This document shows, piece by piece, positions 20,112 to 29,725 of a stretch of DNA of 38,013 nucleotides. Origin of the DNA: Candidatus Nezhaarchaeota archaeon WYZ-LMO8 (GTDB lineage: Archaea > Thermoproteota > Methanomethylicia > Nezhaarchaeales > WYZ-LMO8); assembly GCA_004347965.1 (NCBI GenBank), contig QNVF01000008.1, forward strand, positions 1 through 38,013, in the 5' to 3' direction. The notes below the pieces were generated by a model that was not told where the DNA came from, did not search any database, and was given only the letters and a program-made list of their open reading frames with translations. The position numbers were made by a program, and so were the translations under genes. Within the stretch, counting starts at the first letter, position 1; every line of letters starts with the position of its first letter.

Positions 20112-20122
20112 AGTGCGCTCAC

Positions 20123-20338
20123 TTATCTTGGAGTAAGCTTCCTTGCTTCTCTTTCCGTTTCTCGAAGCATTAATATATCGCCGACTCTTACAGGGCCCTT
20201 AACGTTCCTCGTTAATATCCTCCCTTTGTCCGGCCCCTCAAGTATCCTACACCTAACTTGAATTACTTCTCCGGTGACCCCGGTCCTACCAATTATTTGA
20301 ACTACCTCTGCTGGCGTGGCATCAGTTGTGGAGCTCAC
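20123..20338 (-). CDS. rps28e: 30S ribosomal protein S28e
   Basis: [29 protein letters not shown]. Confidence 0.96.
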   Translation of the reverse strand: MSSTTDATPAEVVQIIGRTGVTGEVIQVRCRILEGPDKGRILTRNVKGPVRVGDILMLRETEREARKLTPR

Positions 20339-20472
20339 GAATTTACACCTAGTACTCTCTGCCTCTCAGAGCCAATTGATAAACTTCTCTACTCATCCTC
20401 ACCTATCCGACCTCCATTTTATGGTAAGGGTTATAAGATAGACTTGAAGATTCAGTAAAGGCGGTGCTTGAA

Positions 20473-20661
20473 ATGTTTAGAGCTGTTTCATGCACGTTCT
20501 GTGGAAAGAACATTGTTCCCGGAACTGGGCTAATGTACGTTAAGAACGATGGAACCATATTGTACTTTTGCTCAAGTAAGTGTAAGAAGAATATGATTAA
20601 ACTGAGGAGGGATCCTGCTAAGCTTAAGTGGTGCAAGAAGACCAGAAAGGTGTACAAATGA
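20473..20661 (+). CDS. rpl24e: 50S ribosomal protein L24e
   Basis: CTFCG, PGTG, YFCSSKC, LKW. Confidence 0.95.
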   Translation: MFRAVSCTFCGKNIVPGTGLMYVKNDGTILYFCSSKCKKNMIKLRRDPAKLKWCKKTRKVYK

Positions 20662-21110
20662 TGGGCATCGAGAGGACCTTGATAATAGTCAAGCCTGGAG
20701 CCGTCGTGAGGGGGCTCGTGGGGGAAGTTCTATCAAGGCTTGAGAGGAAGGGGTTAAAGATAGTAGGCTTGAAGATGATGAAGATGACTAGGGAGAAAGC
20801 GGAAGAGCTTTACTCGGTTCATAAGGGCAAGCACTTCTACGAAGAACTCATCAACTACATAACCTCCGCTCCGGTAGTCATTGGGGTGGTTGAGGGAGAT
20901 GATGCTATTCATGTGGTTAGAAGGATGATAGGTCCAACGAACCCCAAGGAGGCGCCACCTGGAACCATTAGAGGAGATTATGGATTATCAATAACCCAGA
21001 ACATAATTCATGCATCTGACAGCAAGGAAAGTGCTGATAGGGAGATCAAGATTTTCTTTGATGAGGAGGAGCTGTGCAGCTACTCGAGAGCTGATGAGCT
21101 TTGGCTTTAA
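20658..21110 (+). CDS. ndk: Nucleoside diphosphate kinase
   Basis: [25 protein letters not shown]. Confidence 0.96.
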   Translation: MMGIERTLIIVKPGAVVRGLVGEVLSRLERKGLKIVGLKMMKMTREKAEELYSVHKGKHFYEELINYITSAPVVIGVVEGDDAIHVVRRMIGPTNPKEAPPGTIRGDYGLSITQNIIHASDSKESADREIKIFFDEEELCSYSRADELWL

Positions 21111-21198
21111 AGGCATTAGAGGTCTTCTAATCGACAAGTTAAAGAGCGTACTCTTCGGTTTTCATCACGCTAAACTATTTGAGAGGAGGTGTCATGTT

Positions 21199-23022
21199 GT
21201 GAGTAGCGTAGAGAGTAAGAGGATTAGGTCGCCAATACTTTGCGTACTGGGGCATGTTGACGTTGGGAAGACGCTTCTCCTAGACAAGATTAGAGGTACT
21301 GCAACGATGTTTAGGGAAGTTGGGGCCATGATGCAGCGCTCTTCAGGGGGCGCTGCATGGTAGACCCAACACATTGGAGCTTCTTTCCTGCCTTGGTCTG
21401 CTCTTGAGAAGATATGTGGTCCATTACTTAAGAGTATAAGTGTTGAGATTAAGATACCTGGCTTCTTGGTCATTGATACTCCAGGTCATGAGGTCTTCGT
21501 TAACTTGAGGAGGAGAGGAGGCTCGATAGCTGACATGGCTATTCTGGTTATAGACATCCTTGAAGGGTTTGAGGAGATAACTTATGAGTGTTTGGAGATC
21601 CTGAAGGCTAGGAAGACCCCATTTGTGGTTGCTGCAAACAAGATAGATAAGATACCTGGATGGGTTGAGAACGAGTTTAAGCCTTTCATTGAGACAATAA
21701 AGCTGCAGCCTCCTCACGTTCAAAAGAGGCTTGATGAGCTCGTCTACAACATAGTTGCTAAGTTTGAAGAGTTGGGATTCCAAGCTGATAGATATGATAG
21801 GATAAGGGACTTCACGAGGACTGTAGCTATAATACCTACCAGCGCTAAGACTGGAGAGGGCATACCAGATCTTTTACTTGTCTTAGCTGGCTTATCTCAA
21901 AGATACATGTTAAAGAGGCTCTACGTTGAGGAATCAACGGCTAAGGGGGTAGTGCTTGAGTGCAGGGAGCTACCAGGCTTGGGTACGGTAGCTGACGTGA
22001 TAATCTACGATGGCATATTAAGAAAGGATGACACGATAGTGCTTGGCGGGCTCAAGGATCCCATAGTTACTAAGATCAGAAGCTTACTAATGCCTAAGCC
22101 AATGGATGAGATGAGGGATCCTGAGGATAAGTTCAAGAGCATTGATGAAGTTACGGCAGCTGCTGGTGTGAGGATTGTAGCTCATGGGCTTGATGAAGCC
22201 GTAGCTGGAAGCCCCCTATTTTCAGCGAGAAGTCAAGCTGAGATAGAGATGGCCATAAAGCAGGTATTTGAGGAGATGGCGAAGATCAGGATAACAACAG
22301 ACATCACTGGAGTTGTAGTCAAAGCTGACACACTAGGTTCTCTTGAAGCGCTGGTGCTAAAACTGCAGGAGCATGGCGTTCCGGTAAGGCTTGCTGATGT
22401 AGGTAAGATATCTAAGAGGGATGTGGTGGAAGCCTCCATAACGAGGGAGAAGAACCCGCACTATGGTGTGATTTTGGCGTTCAATGTAGGCATAAACCCT
22501 GATGCCGAACAGGAAGTAGAAAGTAGGGGTATACCGGTCTTCAGGAGCAACGTCATCTACAGGCTGATAGATGAGTACTTAGAATGGACCAAGAAGAGGA
22601 TGGAGGAGGAACGTAGACAGACTCTATCCTCCCTAATACTGCCAGGTAAAGCGCAGATACTAAAGGGCTACGTCTTCAGGAGGAGCGACCCAGCAATAGT
22701 TGGAGTCGAAATATTGACTGGAAGGTTGAGACCAGGATATCCATTAATGAACTCTAAAGGTAGGAGACTCGGTGTGATAATGCAGATACAGGAGCAGAAG
22801 AAGAGTTTAAGTGAGGCTGTAGCTAGACAAGCTGTTGCAATATCGATTAAGGGTGACGTGATAATAGGTAGGCAAGTCGATGAAGGAGATTACATCTACG
22901 TTGACGTACCCCCGGAGCACGTAAGGATATTGAAGGAGAAGTTCTTGGATCAATTATCGAAGGAAGAGCTTGAGCTCCTCGATGAAATAGTTAAAATGAG
23001 AAAAGCTGCTGGTAGATACTAG
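21199..23022 (+). CDS. infB: Translation initiation factor aIF5B (IF-2), two exons: join(21199..21330,21364..23022), 596 aa after splicing
   Basis: [20 protein letters not shown] after removing 33 nt, DTPGHE, NKID, SAKTGEG. Confidence 0.92.
21331..21363 (+). other. Putative 33-nt BHB intron in the aIF5B mRNA
   Basis: GUUGGG/CCCAAC exon helix, AGA bulge, 4-bp GCCA/UGGU helix, UGA bulge, UGCAGCGC/GCGCUGCA intron stem; ends in an in-frame UAG. Confidence 0.88.
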
Positions 23023-23080
23023 TCGTGCTCGACGACCTCAAAGTTTTTAGCTAAGTCGTAGAGTGTGTTCATGCTAAGGG

Positions 23081-23452
23081 GTGAAAGTAACGCCCGAGTT
23101 TAAAGTGGTTGTATCTGATCCATCAACTGGAAAAGCTCAGCAAGTAACTGTTAGCGGACCACAAGCAAATGCATTGATAGGTCTCAGGATAGGAGACGAG
23201 GTGGACGGTGCATTGATTGGAGTGCCCGGAGTAAGGCTTGTAATTAAAGGAGGAAGTGATAGAAGCGGAGCTCCTATGAGAGCTGATCTTCCAGGTCCTG
23301 TAAAGCGAAGATTACTGCTAAGTCAGGGTCCAGGATTTAGGCCAACGAGAAAGGGTTTGAGGAAGAGGAAGCTTGTCAGAGGAAACACGGTATCTGAGGA
23401 CATAGTTCAGATTAACATGGTTATAAAGCGTGAGGAGGTTAAGCATGGCTGA
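23081..23452 (+). CDS. rps6e: 30S ribosomal protein S6e
   Basis: [33 protein letters not shown]. Confidence 0.96.
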   Translation: MKVTPEFKVVVSDPSTGKAQQVTVSGPQANALIGLRIGDEVDGALIGVPGVRLVIKGGSDRSGAPMRADLPGPVKRRLLLSQGPGFRPTRKGLRKRKLVRGNTVSEDIVQINMVIKREEVKHG

Positions 23453-24733
23453 AGAGTGGATGAAGAGACAAGCTGAACTTAACATCGGTACAACGGGTCA
23501 CGTAGATCACGGGAAGACGACCTTGACTTGGGCTCTATCTGGAGTATGGGCTTCGAGACACTCTGAGGAGCTAAGGAGAGGGATAACTATTAAGCTGGGT
23601 TATGCAGATACAATCGTGTTGAAGTGCCCTAAGTGCCCACCTCCACAATGCTACACAACTTATGCCCTATCAGGAAGTACATGTAAGCATTGTGGATCTA
23701 AACTAGAGTTTGTTAGGAAGTACTCATTCGTAGACTGCCCTGGACACGAGATTGCACGCCCATAGCGGGCGTGCAACGTGATATGCTAATGGCTACAATG
23801 CTTGCAGGAGCAACGATGTTCGATGGCGCCATACTGGTAATAGATGCTACGGTTCCATGCCCTCAACCTCAAACGCGAGAGCACTTAAAGGCTCTTGAGA
23901 TAATGGACGTGAAGAACGTAGTAGTAGTGCAGAACAAGATTGAGGTTGTCCCGAAGGAGAAGGTTATAGAGAACTATCGTCAAATAAGGGAGTTTCTAAA
24001 GGACACGATGTTGCACGATGCACCGATAATCCCAATATCTGCGCTTCACAAAGCAAACCTCGACGTCCTAATAGAGACCATTGAGGAGAAGATTCCAACA
24101 CCAAAGAGGGATCCATCGAAACCTCTTAGAGCACTGATAGCTAGGTCCTTCGATGTAAATAGGCCTGGAACCCCTCCACAAGAGCTTAAGGGTGGTGTTT
24201 TGGGTGGATCTATAATTCAAGGAGTGGCCAAAGTTGGTGAGGAGATCGAGATAAGGCCTGGAATTAGAGTGGAGAAGGGTGGAGGAAGAGTCGAGTACGA
24301 GCCTCTATTCACTGAAATAGTTAGTTTAAAGGCTGGCGATGTCGAGGTGGAGGAAGCTAGACCAGGAGGCTTAGTAGGTTTTGGCACTCTCCTAGATCCA
24401 TCACTCACAAAGGCTGATTCTCTCGCAGGTAACATTATAGGCAAGCCGGGCACCCTACCACCAACGTTATCAGATCTTGAGTTGGAGACCTTCCTTTTCG
24501 AGAGAGCAGTAGGCACAGTAGATATGGTGAAGGTTGAAAACATAAGGCCTAATGAGGTCTTAATGATAAATGTTGGTACCACAACAACTCTTGGAGTCGT
24601 GGTTAAGGCGTCTAAGGACGTAGTTTCCATCAGGCTACGAAGACCAGTATGCGCTGAGCCGAAAACTAGAGTGGCTATAAGTCGGCAGATAGCTGGTAGG
24701 TTTAGGTTAATAGGTTATGGGATAATAAGGTAG
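23445..24733 (+). CDS. eif2g: Translation initiation factor 2 gamma subunit, two exons: join(23445..23750,23783..24733), 418 aa after splicing
   Basis: [18 protein letters not shown], Zn knuckle, DCPGHE|MLMATML after removing 32 nt, [14 protein letters not shown]. Confidence 0.92.
23751..23782 (+). other. Putative 32-nt BHB intron in the aIF2-gamma mRNA
   Basis: 4-bp CACG/CGUG helix, AGA and AUA bulges, 10-bp UUGCACGCCC/GGGCGUGCAA stem; contains UAG and shifts the frame. Confidence 0.85.
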
Positions 24734-24763
24734 TAATGCTGGAGGGACTACGTATTAGTTAAG

Positions 24764-25150
24764 GTGCTCTTCGACACAAACCTATTGATGGCTGCATTTG
24801 AAAGACCTGTAGATGTCATTAGAAGAGTCGAGGAGCTACTTGAAGCTAAGATTGAACCCATAATCTTGAAGGCGCAGCTTCAGGAGCTTGAGAAGATAGC
24901 CTTATCTGAGAAGAGGTGGAAGGCTTCTAGGATGGCTCGTGCAGTCTTGGATTACGTTAGGTTCAAGTTTAAGGTCATTGAGGGTTGTGGAGAGAGCGTT
25001 GACGACGCCATAGTTGAAGCTGCTAAGCGAGAAGGCTGCATCGTAGCTACTAATGACAGAGAGCTGCGAAGAAGGCTTCGAAGCATTGGTTTGGGCGTGA
25101 TATACATGAAGGGTGATGGAAGGTTTGAACTGGAAGGTTACCAGCCTTAG
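24764..25150 (+). CDS. PIN domain protein (Fcf1/Utp24-like)
   Basis: LFDTNLL, VDDAIV, VATNDRELRRR; conserved position after eif2g. Confidence 0.88.
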   Translation: MLFDTNLLMAAFERPVDVIRRVEELLEAKIEPIILKAQLQELEKIALSEKRWKASRMARAVLDYVRFKFKVIEGCGESVDDAIVEAAKREGCIVATNDRELRRRLRSIGLGVIYMKGDGRFELEGYQP

Positions 25151-25234
25151 CGTGAACGCAAAAAGTTTAATACAAAAGGATTGATGTCTCTAAACCACAC
25201 AATGCTCTGTGAATGATTGCATGGTGAAGAGCTC

Positions 25235-25813
25235 ATGTACTACTTAGCTACCATCTCTGATGAAGTTAGGATCCCGCCCAACCGATTTAATGAAAAGCTT
25301 GAGGATGTTGCTTTTGATAGCTTGAGGAGCATGTATGAGGGAGTGGTGATAAAGGGGCTTGGATTGATAGTTGCAATATTAGGGGTTAAGGTTTCCCCTG
25401 TAGGTAAGATTGTGCCGGGCGATGGAGCAACATATCATAAGGCTAAGTTCGAAGCTCTCGTCTACGCCCCCATCGAGGGGGAGGTAGTTGAAGGAGAGGT
25501 AGTTGAGGTAGTTGATTTTGGAGCTTTTGTTAGGATAGGACCGATTGATGGGCTGGTGCACATATCTCAGGTGGCCGACGACTACATATCCTTTGACAAG
25601 AAGAAGGGCGAGCTTCTGTGTAAACAGGCTAGGAGGAAGCTGTCGAGAGGCGATAGCGTAAGGGCAAGGATTGTAACTGTTAGCATGAGTGGTATGAGGT
25701 TGAATGAAATTAAGGTTGGGTTGACAATGAGGCAACCGTTCTTAGGAAAGATAGATTGGATCATCGAGGACTTAAAGAAGGAGAAGGCTCCAACCAAGGT
25801 GAAGGAGAAGTGA
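25235..25813 (+). CDS. rpoE1: RNA polymerase subunit E' (Rpo7)
   Basis: VRIPP, GDGATY, S1 domain GLVHISQ, LTMRQPFLGK. Confidence 0.95.
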   Translation: MYYLATISDEVRIPPNRFNEKLEDVAFDSLRSMYEGVVIKGLGLIVAILGVKVSPVGKIVPGDGATYHKAKFEALVYAPIEGEVVEGEVVEVVDFGAFVRIGPIDGLVHISQVADDYISFDKKKGELLCKQARRKLSRGDSVRARIVTVSMSGMRLNEIKVGLTMRQPFLGKIDWIIEDLKKEKAPTKVKEK

Positions 25814-26019
25814 GTAAGAGGACTACTGCTAGATTTAAATGCTGCTTAAGGTGCAAAGCTCTCCTTACAAGCCAAGCCAACATATGTCCTAACTGCAAGT
25901 CAAGCGACTTCACCTTCGATTGGAACGGGCTCGTAGTAGTCTTCGATCCTGAGACCTCCGTAATAGCTAAGGTCCTAAACATAACGAAGCCCGGCAGGTA
26001 CGCCATCAAGTGTAGGTGA
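25810..26019 (+). CDS. spt4: Transcription elongation factor Spt4 (RpoE'')
   Basis: CLRC...CPNC zinc ribbon, WNGLVVVFDPETS, PGRYA. Confidence 0.93.
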   Translation: MSKRTTARFKCCLRCKALLTSQANICPNCKSSDFTFDWNGLVVVFDPETSVIAKVLNITKPGRYAIKCR

Positions 26020-26570
26020 AGAGCTTGAAGATAAGGGCGTTTAAGATAGATGAGGACCTAAGGAGGGAGTTAGGCAAGCCTTGGGGGCTCGTGGTAACCA
26101 ATAATGAGGTGGAGTCTGGAAGGCTTGAGGAGATATTGAATCAAATGAGCCCCCACATGATAATAACCGTAGGGGATGTGACCACCCACACCTTTCTTGA
26201 GAGGGGTATAAGACCTAGAGTGGCGATAGTAGACATGAAGACCTTGAGAGGCCCCTATCAAGCTGATTTTGCTGAGAAGATGAAGATGGTTTGTGAAGTG
26301 GTTAATCCACCGGGTCACATAGTCTCCACCATGGTGGAGCACGTGAAGGAAGCTATCGATGAGGGAGGGTTCATACTAGTTAAGGGAGAGGAGGATCTCC
26401 TCGTCATCCCATCAATAATCGCATCGCCGGAGGGAGCCGTGATAGCTTATGGTCAGCCGGGTGTAGGGGTTGTGTTAATAAAGGTGGATAAAGATAAGAG
26501 GGAGAAGGCTAGGGAGTTGCTAAGATCCATGAGGGAGGTAGAGCTTGATGTTGATGCAGTACCAGGTTAA
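26016..26570 (+). CDS. GTP-dependent dephospho-CoA kinase (DUF359)
   Basis: TVGDVT, VNPPG, GEEDL, YGQPG. Confidence 0.9.
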   Translation: MKSLKIRAFKIDEDLRRELGKPWGLVVTNNEVESGRLEEILNQMSPHMIITVGDVTTHTFLERGIRPRVAIVDMKTLRGPYQADFAEKMKMVCEVVNPPGHIVSTMVEHVKEAIDEGGFILVKGEEDLLVIPSIIASPEGAVIAYGQPGVGVVLIKVDKDKREKARELLRSMREVELDVDAVPG

Positions 26571-26892
26571 GGTCTTGAGGGACGTGGAGAACAAGGTTCT
26601 AAATAGGAGGGAGCTCATCCTCCGCATACATCACGCTAATACGAGAACCCCGACGAGAGCTGAAGTGAGGGAGCTTGCCTCCTCAATGTTCAGTGCTCCA
26701 CAGAACTTAATAGTAGTGAGGAGCTTAAAGACCATCACCGGCACCAACGTTACTGAGGCCCACGTCCACATATACCGTGACGAGAAGACGTTAGAGGAAG
26801 TTGAGCCAAAGCACGTAAAGATTAGGAACTTCGGAAAGAGGGAGGAGGAAAAGGAGGAAGGGAAGAGGGCTGAGAAGAAAGGAAGAAAATGA
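26545..26892 (+). CDS. rps24e: 30S ribosomal protein S24e
   Basis: NKVLNRREL, TPTRAEV, EPKHV; start uncertain by a few codons. Confidence 0.93.
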   Translation: MMLMQYQVKVLRDVENKVLNRRELILRIHHANTRTPTRAEVRELASSMFSAPQNLIVVRSLKTITGTNVTEAHVHIYRDEKTLEEVEPKHVKIRNFGKREEEKEEGKRAEKKGRK

Positions 26893-26902
26893 GTGAGGGC
26901 TA

Positions 26903-27895
26903 TTGGCGCGTAGGGTCGTAGTGTTAGGTATAGAGTCGACTGCCCACACATTTGGGTGTGGAATTGTAGACTCAAGCGGCAACATCTTGGCAAACGTCAA
27001 CAACACGTACATTCCAGCTAAAGGTGGGATACATCCTAGAGAGAGCGCTCAGCACCACTCAGACGTAGCTCCAAGAGTAATAAGGACGGCCTTGAGCGAA
27101 GCGAAGCTTAGCATGGACCAGGTGGATGCCATAGCAGTCTCCCTAGGGCCTGGACTTGGACCTTGCCTTAGAGTTGGTGCTACAATATGTAGGGCCTTGG
27201 CCGTCGCCTACGATAAGCCTCTCATTCCAGTAAACCATGCTGTAGCTCACATAGAGATAGCTAAGTTGACAACTGGCTTCAAGGATCCACTCATAGTCTT
27301 CGTATCCGGCGGAAACACGATAATAGCAGCCTACTCTGATGGTAGGTATAGGGTGTTCGGGGAAACGCTCGACATAGCTTTAGGCAATCTCCTCGACGCC
27401 TTCGCTAGAGAAGCTCATCTCCCACACCCCGGTGGACCGAGAGTAGAGGAGCTAGCAAAGAAGGGTGAGAGGCTGCTTAAGCTCCCCTACATAGTTAAGG
27501 GGCAGGACGTCTCTTATTCGGGGCTTTTAACAGCTGCGGTTAAGCTTCTGAGTGAGGGCCATAGAATTGAGGACTTATGCTACAGCTTGCAGGAGTACGC
27601 GTTCTCAATGCTGGCTGAAGTAGCTGAGAGAGCACTTGCCTACACGGAGAAGAAGGAGCTGGTCTTAACTGGAGGTGTGGCTGCCAACAGCGAGCTTCAG
27701 AGGAAGTTGATGATGGTCGCAGAAGAGCACAACGCGAAGTTCGGAGTCGTACCTAAAGCTCTTTCTGGAGATAACGGTGCAATGATAGCTTGGACAGGAG
27801 TTCTCGCGTATGTTCATGGGGTTACGATCAACGTGGAGAAAAGCTACGTGAAGCCTCGGTGGAGGCTCGATGAGGTCGATATACCTTGGATTTGA
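26903..27895 (+). CDS. kae1: KEOPS tRNA threonylcarbamoyltransferase Kae1
   Basis: LGIESTAHT, GGIHP, VNHAVAHIE, VSGGNT, DNGAMIA. Confidence 0.96.
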   Translation: MARRVVVLGIESTAHTFGCGIVDSSGNILANVNNTYIPAKGGIHPRESAQHHSDVAPRVIRTALSEAKLSMDQVDAIAVSLGPGLGPCLRVGATICRALAVAYDKPLIPVNHAVAHIEIAKLTTGFKDPLIVFVSGGNTIIAAYSDGRYRVFGETLDIALGNLLDAFAREAHLPHPGGPRVEELAKKGERLLKLPYIVKGQDVSYSGLLTAAVKLLSEGHRIEDLCYSLQEYAFSMLAEVAERALAYTEKKELVLTGGVAANSELQRKLMMVAEEHNAKFGVVPKALSGDNGAMIAWTGVLAYVHGVTINVEKSYVKPRWRLDEVDIPWI

Positions 27896-28538
27896 GGGGA
27901 AGATTATAAAGAAGGGGGCTGAAGCAGAGCTCTACTTAATAGACTTCTTAGGAATACCAGCGATATTGAAGAAGAGGATTCCCAAGCCTTATAGAGCTAA
28001 GGAGCTTGATGCTCACATAAGGAGGATGAGGACTTCACACGAAGTCACAATGATGTTTCACGCTAGAGTTTGCGGTGTCCCAGTTCCAGCCATCTACGAT
28101 GTTGACCCCGACGAGGGCGTCATAATAATGGAGTACATACCTGGACCGACGCTCAAGGAGATGACGTTGAAGGATTACGAGGTCTCATCGATCTTTAAGT
28201 TGGTTGGCTTCTACGTAGGTAAGATGCACCTCAACAACATAGTTCACGGAGACTTAACAACTGCAAACATAATTGTCCCAGAACCTGAGAAGCCATTCTT
28301 CGTGGACTTCGGCTTAGCAGAAAGGACTGGAGAGCTTGAAGCCATAGGGACTGACGTGCACTTGATGCTGAGAGCTCTTGAAAGCACTCACTACAGCAAG
28401 GTGAAGGAGCTCTTCAATGCCTTCTTAAGAGGCTATAGAGAGATCATGGGCGGTAAAGTAGAGAACGTCTTAAAGAAGGTACAAGAGATAAGGAGGAGAG
28501 GAAGGTACGTTGAGGAGAGGAGAGCTAAGATTCATTGA
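27870..28538 (+). CDS. bud32: KEOPS kinase/ATPase Bud32
   Basis: KGAEA, HGDLTTANI, DFGL, RRRGRY. Confidence 0.95.
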   Translation: MRSIYLGFEGKIIKKGAEAELYLIDFLGIPAILKKRIPKPYRAKELDAHIRRMRTSHEVTMMFHARVCGVPVPAIYDVDPDEGVIIMEYIPGPTLKEMTLKDYEVSSIFKLVGFYVGKMHLNNIVHGDLTTANIIVPEPEKPFFVDFGLAERTGELEAIGTDVHLMLRALESTHYSKVKELFNAFLRGYREIMGGKVENVLKKVQEIRRRGRYVEERRAKIH

Positions 28539-29274
28539 CGTTCACTGCCACCTACACGATGATGCCTTCGATCACGATAGAGACGAGGTTGTTAAGAGAG
28601 CTCTGAAGAGCGGTGTTGAGGCCATCGTAACCTCATCTCTAAGCCTAATGGACCTTAAGAAGGCTCTAGAAGTAGCTAGGGAACATGGGAGCGTTAAGGT
28701 AGCTGCTGGCTTCGATCCTCTAAACCTATCAATCGAGGAAGCTGAAGAGCTAGCGCACGCAGTGAAGAGGATTAGCAGTGAGATAGTAGCTGTAGGAGAA
28801 GTTGGCTTAGACTACTTCTCCGTGAGGGGCAAGGATCGAGAAAAGCAGATCGAGGTTTTCAGGTTCTGGATAAACATCGCTTCAGAGCTGAAGTTACCAT
28901 TGATTGTGCACTCAAGAAGCGCTGGAAAGTACGCAATCGAGATCCTAATTAGAGAGGGCTACGACAGGGTTTTAATGCACGCTTTTGATGGTAGCAGTGG
29001 TTGGGCTTTAAAGGGGGCTTCGAAGGGCTTCTTGTTCTCAATACCTCCATCGATCGTTAGATCTCAGCAGAAAATCAAGCTGGTGAGGGCAGTCCCAATA
29101 GATTACTTAGCTGTTGAAAGCGATGCTCCAGTACTCGGTCCAGAAGCTGCAGTGAGAAACGAGCCTTCAAATGTTGTAGTCGCTGCCGCCAAGATAGCTG
29201 AGATTAAGAAGATTGATTTAGCTGAAGCGTGTGAGATATTGTACTCGAACTCTAAGAGCTTCTTTAAGTTCTAG
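28510..29274 (+). CDS. tatD: TatD family hydrolase
   Basis: DVHCH, GEVGLDY, VHSR, MH, ESDAP. Confidence 0.93.
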   Translation: MRRGELRFIDVHCHLHDDAFDHDRDEVVKRALKSGVEAIVTSSLSLMDLKKALEVAREHGSVKVAAGFDPLNLSIEEAEELAHAVKRISSEIVAVGEVGLDYFSVRGKDREKQIEVFRFWINIASELKLPLIVHSRSAGKYAIEILIREGYDRVLMHAFDGSSGWALKGASKGFLFSIPPSIVRSQQKIKLVRAVPIDYLAVESDAPVLGPEAAVRNEPSNVVVAAAKIAEIKKIDLAEACEILYSNSKSFFKF

Positions 29275-29275
29275 C

Positions 29276-29725
29276 TTAGAAGATTATCTTGTCCTCCTCC
29301 TTTATTGTGCGGAGGACGACCATGGTCTGAGTTGACGTAATACCCTCTATCTCTCCAATCTTGTCTATTATTTTAGCTAGACTATCTCTATCACTAGCCC
29401 TGATCTTTAAGACTGCGTAGTACTCGCCCGTCACGTCGTAGACCTCGTAGACGTCTTCCATTGAGGCCACCTTCTTTAAAGCCTCCTTGTATTTTACTGG
29501 GTCAGCTCTCACTAGAACTATGGCTGTGAGGCCCTTCCCAACCTTCACAGGATCAACGATAGCTCTAAAGCTCTTAATGACCCCTAGCTTCTTAAGCTTC
29601 TGAACTCGAAGGTGGACTGTTGCTTCACTCACACCAACACTAGAAGCTATCTTAGAGAATGGAGTCCTTGCATTCTCTTGAAGCATCCTGAGGATTTTCA
29701 AATCTATTTCATCGATCCTCTCCAT
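29276..29725 (-). CDS. Lrp/AsnC family transcriptional regulator
   Basis: IDEIDLKILRMLQENAR HTH, VTGEY RAM domain. Confidence 0.94.
   Translation of the reverse strand: MERIDEIDLKILRMLQENARTPFSKIASSVGVSEATVHLRVQKLKKLGVIKSFRAIVDPVKVGKGLTAIVLVRADPVKYKEALKKVASMEDVYEVYDVTGEYYAVLKIRASDRDSLAKIIDKIGEIEGITSTQTMVVLRTIKEEDKIIF

Noticed and set aside
20360..20410. Minus-strand C/D-like boxes upstream of rps28e
   Set aside because: Imperfect C box, span too short, and no D'/C' boxes.
21361..21363. Pyrrolysine or stop-codon readthrough at the in-frame TAG of infB
   Set aside because: It would leave 11 extra residues in switch 1. Exact BHB excision explains the sequence better, and the parallel eif2g insert is frameshifting, so readthrough could not rescue it.
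21199..24733. infB and eif2g as pseudogenes or intein carriers
   Set aside because: Each has a single clean lesion and otherwise intact motifs, and both are essential genes. The inserts are too short for inteins and contain stop codons.
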